From positions 512,001 to 576,000 of the forward strand of contig BK006936.2 in the NCBI GenBank assembly GCA_000146045.2: a DNA stretch of 64,000 bases, written 5' to 3'. The translations under genes and the position numbers were made by a program. Shown piece by piece: positions 57,842 to 64,000 of the stretch (position 1 is the first letter of the stretch; each line of letters opens with the position of its first letter). Source of the DNA: TPA_inf: Saccharomyces (Eukaryota). The notes under the pieces are model-generated. The model saw only the letters and a list, made by a program, of their open reading frames with translations, had not been told where the DNA came from and did not search any database.

Positions 57842-59200
57842 TTATGTATTTCTTTTTTCAGCGGCCGAACGGTCACTAGAATGACTCAGAATGGTTTTTA
57901 TCATCTCGTTGCCAATGAGATTAGCCTCTGGAAGCATTGGCTCAAAGAACTTTTGAACACTCTGAAATTGCTTTTTGTATATATCAAAATTGGCAAAAGA
58001 AACAACCGAGCTCCATTCTCTAGCCGAAATAACAAATTCTAAATCATCTTTTATGAATGATTTATCATGGATAGCTGCATCAATTGTCTGTTCTAATAAG
58101 CCAGGTTTTAAAAAAAGATATTCGGACACACCCAGGAATATTCTGAATAATGGCGTCGAACAAATCATATGATCATATGGATCAATACCAAGTTGAAACC
58201 ACGAATCAACAATCGCCAACAATGATAAATGTGAATTCGGCACTGGCTTGCAATTGTTGCTGTTACCAATGCTGCTTTTTGATAGCGAATATTTCTCTAA
58301 AATCGTGTCATCCAATAGTAAGAGACCAGTATGCTTTCCAAATACAAATTGCTTAGCTTTTAATAGTCTATCAGTAAGTTCTTGTTCTTTGTTATCTATC
58401 ATTAAACTAAATAGTTCTGTTGCACTGGTTGCATATTGAAGAATTTGCTGATGTGCACTTGGGTTTGTTATGGCTAATCCTGCGTAAACATGCCACTTGT
58501 TCGAATAGATTCTTAGTGATATATTAACTTTCACATTTTCTAGGCCACCGTACCATTTGTTTACACCCAGAGTCCAAGGATAAATCTTTATCTTTGCCCA
58601 CGCAGATCCCATACTTAAGAAAGCAGCATGTGTCACAGCTTGTGTATCAGCGGTAATCTTGTCATGCTCTTCATATGTCAAATAAACTTGCTTACTTTTC
58701 AAACATGCCATAACAGAATTAACGAACTCAAAAGATTCTGGGTACTGTGATCTGTGATTGATAATAACTAGTGGTTGGCCTTCAGTATTAACTTTAGGCC
58801 CATGAAGGGAATGCACGGTAATGATGTCGCAGTCCTTGGGTAAATACTTTTCGAAAGCCTCGATTTCCGGCAGCTTACAACTCGTTTGACCCCCAACAAT
58901 TGTTCCAACCTTAGAAGATGGTCCATACGTTGCGACGATCTTACTAATATTGGATGCTTCAACACTATAGATAATATAGTCGCTTTGCCTGGATACCAAA
59001 TGACCATTTTTCACCAGTTCGAATTTAGCTGAGGCATATTTTTCTTTCAGTTCATCATAATATTCTTCCCTATCACAACATATAACACCCCATCCAGCAT
59101 CTGTAAATTTATTAGCGTATAATAGGCCCATATCACCCAGACCAATTATACCAATGACTTTTGTGGCTTTCCATTGCTCAATCTTATCCTCTGATACCAT
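57842..59200 (-). CDS. TYR1: Prephenate dehydrogenase (tyrosine biosynthesis).
   Basis: It has an NAD-binding motif IGIIGLGDMGLLYA at the N-terminus. The 452-aa product runs from MVSEDKIEQW. An in-frame upstream ATG at 59236 would add 12 codons. Confidence 0.85.
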   Translation of the reverse strand: MVSEDKIEQWKATKVIGIIGLGDMGLLYANKFTDAGWGVICCDREEYYDELKEKYASAKFELVKNGHLVSRQSDYIIYSVEASNISKIVATYGPSSKVGTIVGGQTSCKLPEIEAFEKYLPKDCDIITVHSLHGPKVNTEGQPLVIINHRSQYPESFEFVNSVMACLKSKQVYLTYEEHDKITADTQAVTHAAFLSMGSAWAKIKIYPWTLGVNKWYGGLENVKVNISLRIYSNKWHVYAGLAITNPSAHQQILQYATSATELFSLMIDNKEQELTDRLLKAKQFVFGKHTGLLLLDDTILEKYSLSKSSIGNSNNCKPVPNSHLSLLAIVDSWFQLGIDPYDHMICSTPLFRIFLGVSEYLFLKPGLLEQTIDAAIHDKSFIKDDLEFVISAREWSSVVSFANFDIYKKQFQSVQKFFEPMLPEANLIGNEMIKTILSHSSDRSAAEKRNT

Positions 59201-59328
59201 GTTTATCAAGTGGATATGCTGTCCTCTTTCCTTCAAGTGCTACGGTATTCTTGTAATTCTAAAAACTTTTCTTGGTTTGAATAATTCCAGTATCACTTTC
59301 TTCAAAGCTTATTTTCATATAAGGCCTC

Positions 59329-59346
59329 AAAAAAAAAAAAAAAAAA
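59329..59346. repeat. A18 homopolymer between TYR1 and POP7.
   Basis: Read directly from the sequence. Confidence 0.95.
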
Positions 59347-59467
59347 TGACACATAGCTGAAGTGATAAACTTACTACACTGGTATAACGCTTATTAGAGG
59401 AAATCTAATAATAAACTGTTAGCTATAAATAGTATACAATAACAATGAGCGCTAAAAGTATGACATA

Positions 59468-59890
59468 TTAAACATAAATACGCAATTCTACACCGCTTAC
59501 AGCCCTTTTCTTTAGTTGGGTTTCTTTATCGTCATCTTCAACATCACTTTCCATGTCGATATCAGCTTGGCCTTCAGTTATTACTTCATCAAGAACTTCT
59601 ATAGTTTTAGTGTAAACCTCTATTTTCTTGTTCTTCTGATCTTGAAAATGACAACCTAATGCCAGTGTCTTTTCTACAGCTTTACCCATACCCAAAACCG
59701 CAACATAGGATGATCCTTGCTTATGAACGCTATCGAGAAACTTATTTATTCTTTTCAGTGCACTAACGTATGGTGTTGTAGACTTAACGAAAATTGTTGT
59801 GTGTATTTGCTTATGCGTTAGAGTTTTCAAAGATGGGTGTTTCGTTACTCGTTTGGTAGATTTGTTGTGTGTATTCTTTTTGAGTGCCAT
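59468..59890 (-). CDS. POP7: RNase P / RNase MRP protein subunit (Alba-like fold).
   Basis: The 140-aa product runs from MALKKNTHNKSTKRV. The ORF stays open for 36 more codons upstream to an ATG at 59998. Confidence 0.8.
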   Translation of the reverse strand: MALKKNTHNKSTKRVTKHPSLKTLTHKQIHTTIFVKSTTPYVSALKRINKFLDSVHKQGSSYVAVLGMGKAVEKTLALGCHFQDQKNKKIEVYTKTIEVLDEVITEGQADIDMESDVEDDDKETQLKKRAVSGVELRIYV

Positions 59891-60370
59891 CCTGGGTGCA
59901 GAGTTCTCTTTTCTTCTTTGACCGTCAATCTTATTGCTTATTTCTGAATAGTTAAGTAGCTCTTTACAGAGAGTGAAATTAAACAAATGGTCAAACAATC
60001 GCAGGAAAAAAATGAAGAAAAAACATTTTTTCGAAATGACATGAGAAGACTATTGATGTACTTCTCATGATTATTCAACCATATTGAGCTGGACAGATTT
60101 TTACCAAATTGATTTGGGAATTTTAGACATTATTGTTGTCATACCATTTTCATATTCAATTCAACAGCCTGGTGGGGAAGTAAAGAAATTATCCCCGAAA
60201 CAAATACCCTTTTATGCTTATTTCCAAGAATTACTGGAACACCAACTGCAAGGGTAAACAGAATTGATGAAGAAGGTGCAATCACTCGAAACTACTTCAT
60301 ACTTTCTCTTTTCTTTCATTGATCTTAATTTAGTTCAGTGGACATCATTTTGCTAATTTCAAGGAAAGAA

Positions 60371-61612
60371 ATGGACACAAATTCTAAAACCAAAGTACAA
60401 ACTGAAAATAAAAAAATTAAGGCGAAATTTATACATAATCATGGGCAAAAGCCCTCTCTTATCCAAATTACACCTCCAATGATTTCCAGCACTCTGTTTC
60501 ACGCATATCCACTACTACTAATATTCGACAATGCCTTAGCGAATATAATGTGGCTGTCCGACGATAAATGTTTAACATTCATTTATCTAACGAGCATATG
60601 GCTGACCATAAGTTTTTTTATCCCCGTTGAAACAGAGGCTAGCCATTTTCTGCCATTTACAAAGATTTTGAGACTATGGTTAGGCATTATAAGCGGGGCA
60701 TTTCTATTCTTATCATTCATGTATTATATTGTTTCATTGATAGCTTCGTTAAGAGACACGGAACCTCCTACATTGGATGAAATTGTCGTGCTACTAGAGT
60801 CTGTGTTGGATAAACTGGAAGTACTGAGAAACGAGCTGAATGTTTGGAAAAAATTAAAGCTTTCATTTGATGGCGTCAATAAGGAGTGTTCTGGCAAGAG
60901 GTTGTTTTGCAGATTATTCTTATTCGGTACAATTTTTCAAATTATTATCATGAGATACATATCACCGGGAACTTATACTAGATTTTTTATTATTACCGGC
61001 TTGATATACAATACGAGTAGTTTTCAAGCTACCTTAAGGCTACTTTGGAGGTTTACTGCTGTTAGGAATTTCTATTATTTGGGGATTGAAAGTTTTAAAA
61101 TTTCGAGTTTCTTACCAAAACACTTAAAGATGGAACAAATTATTCCTTTATCTCAAGGACGTGCAATCACGGTGCCACTGGTAGAGGTATTGCCTAAACT
61201 ACTTCGGGACAAGAAGGGTGATGACCACATTCATATTCTACAGCTTCTACTTAATGAGCAAAAAGATAACTTTGGTAATGAAGACCTTAAAATACTAGAA
61301 ATTGAAGTATACGAAAATCAAAGAAGGTGGTATCAAAATAAAAATTGGAGTACAAAATTACTGCCGTACGAAAGACAAAACTACTGCATAGAAATTAAAA
61401 ACACTGATGGAACTTTAACCATGAGGAGTTGTTTGCCCCCAGATGGACTTGGTGAAGAAGAATTACCCAATAATTGGCATTGGATCAATGATAATTGGGA
61501 CGGAACTGATTGGATATATTCAGATTCAGCATGGAAAGAAATTGGACAATACAGTTCTTTGGAAAGTTTTACCAGGTCAAGAAAATGGAAACGACGCCTC
61601 TTCCATTTGTAA
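60371..61612 (+). CDS. PEX32: Peroxisomal membrane protein of the Pex23/DysF family.
   Basis: The 413-aa product runs from MDTNSKTKVQ and has several TM helices and a C-terminal W-rich DysF-like region (NNWHWINDNWDGTDWIYSDSAW). An upstream in-frame ATG at 60338 would add 11 codons. Confidence 0.8.
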   Translation: MDTNSKTKVQTENKKIKAKFIHNHGQKPSLIQITPPMISSTLFHAYPLLLIFDNALANIMWLSDDKCLTFIYLTSIWLTISFFIPVETEASHFLPFTKILRLWLGIISGAFLFLSFMYYIVSLIASLRDTEPPTLDEIVVLLESVLDKLEVLRNELNVWKKLKLSFDGVNKECSGKRLFCRLFLFGTIFQIIIMRYISPGTYTRFFIITGLIYNTSSFQATLRLLWRFTAVRNFYYLGIESFKISSFLPKHLKMEQIIPLSQGRAITVPLVEVLPKLLRDKKGDDHIHILQLLLNEQKDNFGNEDLKILEIEVYENQRRWYQNKNWSTKLLPYERQNYCIEIKNTDGTLTMRSCLPPDGLGEEELPNNWHWINDNWDGTDWIYSDSAWKEIGQYSSLESFTRSRKWKRRLFHL

Positions 61613-61914
61613 TAGTATTGCTTTAAGCCTCTAAACTGCATATATAGTTGGTTGCCTAACATTATCATGATATGAAGAATTTTCTCATACTTTGAAACAT
61701 AGGACAAGTAAAACTTTATAAGATCATGTGCACTTTGTGTATGTTATTTCATAATTTTCATTAAATTCTTATAACGGCTTATGTAGAAATAATTATCATT
61801 TTTATAATAGAAGATTGAATATAGAGGTAATGTATAAAGGGCACATAATGAAGCACTAGTGGTTCATTTAAGAAAGAATAAAGAGGGAACAATCCAAATA
61901 GACAAAAATTCCGA

Positions 61915-63996
61915 TTAATCAAGGTCCATGTTTTCATCATTGTTGTCATCGCTATCATCACTTGCAGCGCGTGCCCTTCTTTGCTCAGCCAATTTTTCAG
62001 CAATATCATTCATTTTAGAAGTTTCTTGATTCGCTCTGAGTGCTTGTCTTTTTTCTTCCTCCTTTGCTAAATATCTACCTCTAATAATATTCCCCAACGA
62101 TGCCAGCTCCTCATATTTAGCAATGTATTTTGCCTTGGTAGAATCGTCACCATCACCATATAACCAATTTTCAGTAGTGGCTAACATGTTTTTTAGCTTT
62201 TCTTTTTCTGCGTCAGACGCAAAATCGGAGTATTCATCATCGAGTTTGGCACGAAGGGTATAAATATACTCTTCAAGGGCATTTTTGCGATCCTCGGTTT
62301 CGGCAACTAACTTATCCTGGTTTCTTAATTCATTCTCTTTTTCAATTAGATCGTTCAACTCAACCGGGTTTAGCGCGAATGTTTTTGCAGTCATACCTAG
62401 CACATCTTTCTTAATTGTTTTAGTAACTTCTTTAAACTGGGGCTCGGCATCTTCTGGTGCGTCTTCCGGTAAAGGCACTGGCTCTTGAACCGTAATATCT
62501 TCCGTTGTGTAAGCGTTCTCGATAATATGCAAGCCGGAAGGATCGCATCTTAACTTGACCTTTACAGGAATAAAATCTTGATCTTTAGGAACCTTGACCC
62601 CAGTGAAGCTCCATTTTGCAATAGTGGTGGAAGTACCTTTTGGCAGTTTCGAAGGATGAGTGTACACCGCTTTCATGCTGAAATCTCCAGTACGATGTAA
62701 AGTAATTAGTTTAGTTGATGGATATGATGAATTAGCAGGGAATACTTCCAAACGGTCTTCGTCATCGACCTGCTTATCCCAAGTGTATGACACTGAATAC
62801 GGATCAATATCTTCAAATTTAAACGGCCTGACCCTTAAAGTTGGAGAGTGAATGGCACATATGAAAGCGGCCCCCTTGGCCACAGCTTCGTCTTGATTTA
62901 AAGTAGATGACAAAGGTTTTCCAAAAACATCAGAAATTGACTTCTTTAAAACTGGGATACGGGTTGTACCACCAATTATTTCTACGAAGTCAATATCATT
63001 GACAGTTAATTTAGCTTGAGCCAATGCATTGGTGATTGGATACGTCACACGCTTCAACAAGGGCTCTACTAATTCTTCCAGCTCTTCACGGCTCAATTGA
63101 GAGGAAACGTCGATATCATCCATAACAGATTCAACGGAGAAGGGGGCAGTAGTGTTCGCAGAAAGCACTTTTTTTAATTTTTCAGCAGCGATTAAAATTC
63201 TGTTATAAGCTTTCGGATTTTTCCTAATGTCAATCTTGTACTTGTCCTTAAACTGATCAGCAAAATGTTCTGTGATTGCGCGATCGAAATCTCTACCACC
63301 AAAGTGCTTGTCATAAGCAGTACCTAATACTTTCATTTCGCCTTTGCGGAAAGCCATAATAGAACAGGTGTAGGTAGAATGCCCAATGTCCACTAAGCCA
63401 ATGATTCTTGGCTTTTCTTCAGGACCTGGCAGATCATTCTTGAAGACGCCGTACGAAACGGCGGCTGCAGTCACATCGTTGACAATCCTTACAGGATTTA
63501 ATCCTGCAATTCTGGCAGCATCGGCTATGTTATAACGTTGTTCTTCCGAATACCATACAGGAACTGCGAGGCAGACATCGGTAATTGATGACTTCGTTTC
63601 CTCTTGAACGGTGTGCTTCACCTTATCAATGAACATAGCAGTCAGTTGAGTAGCTGAAAATACGTGTGTTTTACCGCCGAACTCCACTTCCACACCAACT
63701 TTACCATTTTTTAGCTGTACCAATTTCGAAGTGAAGAACTTATTCTCGATATCAAATTCAGGGTCTTTGAACTTTAGTCCAATGATTCTTTTCAAGTTTT
63801 CCACAGTGTTTTTAACATTCGATGTTTGCTTAGTTTTACCAGATTCACCTAAGTACCTATTTCTGGGGCCAAAGCCGACCAAGGATGGTGTAGACCTATT
63901 AGAAACTTCATTGACAACGACATCAATACCCCTATTTCTGGCAACTGCTAGTACTGAGTTATTGTTACCTAAATCTAAGCCAAATGGAGTGCTCAT
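61915..63996 (-). CDS. SSE2: Hsp110-family nucleotide exchange factor (Hsp70-like).
   Basis: The Hsp70 N-terminal ATPase signatures ([21 protein letters not shown]; DLGGGTFD-like region) are present. At 693 aa it matches YBR169C. Its promoter lies beyond the window end. Confidence 0.92.
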   Translation of the reverse strand: MSTPFGLDLGNNNSVLAVARNRGIDVVVNEVSNRSTPSLVGFGPRNRYLGESGKTKQTSNVKNTVENLKRIIGLKFKDPEFDIENKFFTSKLVQLKNGKVGVEVEFGGKTHVFSATQLTAMFIDKVKHTVQEETKSSITDVCLAVPVWYSEEQRYNIADAARIAGLNPVRIVNDVTAAAVSYGVFKNDLPGPEEKPRIIGLVDIGHSTYTCSIMAFRKGEMKVLGTAYDKHFGGRDFDRAITEHFADQFKDKYKIDIRKNPKAYNRILIAAEKLKKVLSANTTAPFSVESVMDDIDVSSQLSREELEELVEPLLKRVTYPITNALAQAKLTVNDIDFVEIIGGTTRIPVLKKSISDVFGKPLSSTLNQDEAVAKGAAFICAIHSPTLRVRPFKFEDIDPYSVSYTWDKQVDDEDRLEVFPANSSYPSTKLITLHRTGDFSMKAVYTHPSKLPKGTSTTIAKWSFTGVKVPKDQDFIPVKVKLRCDPSGLHIIENAYTTEDITVQEPVPLPEDAPEDAEPQFKEVTKTIKKDVLGMTAKTFALNPVELNDLIEKENELRNQDKLVAETEDRKNALEEYIYTLRAKLDDEYSDFASDAEKEKLKNMLATTENWLYGDGDDSTKAKYIAKYEELASLGNIIRGRYLAKEEEKRQALRANQETSKMNDIAEKLAEQRRARAASDDSDDNNDENMDLD

Positions 63997-64000
63997 TATA

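Overview
This window is a nuclear chromosomal segment of Saccharomyces cerevisiae, not a prokaryotic locus. Every long ORF translates to a yeast protein I recognise. They are collinear with the right arm of chromosome II, from the 3' end of MEC1 (YBR136W) through IRA1, SUP45, ADH5, CDC28 and ARL1 to SSE2 (YBR169C). That is 35 protein-coding genes, each with a single uninterrupted reading frame. From memory, CDC28 lies at about chrII:560078-560974 in S288C, which would place this window at roughly chrII:512001-576000. I recalled that rather than computed it. All ORF lengths equal the annotated protein lengths (IRA1 3092 aa, MAK5 773, SUP45 437, TBS1 1094 and so on). So there are no frameshifts or pseudogenes, and the sequence looks like the reference. 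I could not support any tRNA, rRNA, snoRNA, CRISPR or intact Ty element. I therefore do not see an undescribed multi-gene system. What the annotation does not already explain is small-scale: coding microsatellites in TBS1, IRA1, MAK5 and SPP381; an unusually long (2.2 kb) ICS2-AMN1 intergenic region with a perfect GC-rich 11-bp inverted repeat, a 13-bp direct repeat and weak Ty-LTR-like similarity; tandem short repeats in two promoters (TOS1/YSY6 and TBS1/APD1); PAC and RRPE-like motifs in the BMT2-MAK5 divergent promoter; Reb1 and Gcn4 consensus sites; long homopolymer dA:dT tracts; and several genes where an in-frame upstream ATG extends the ORF beyond the accepted start.
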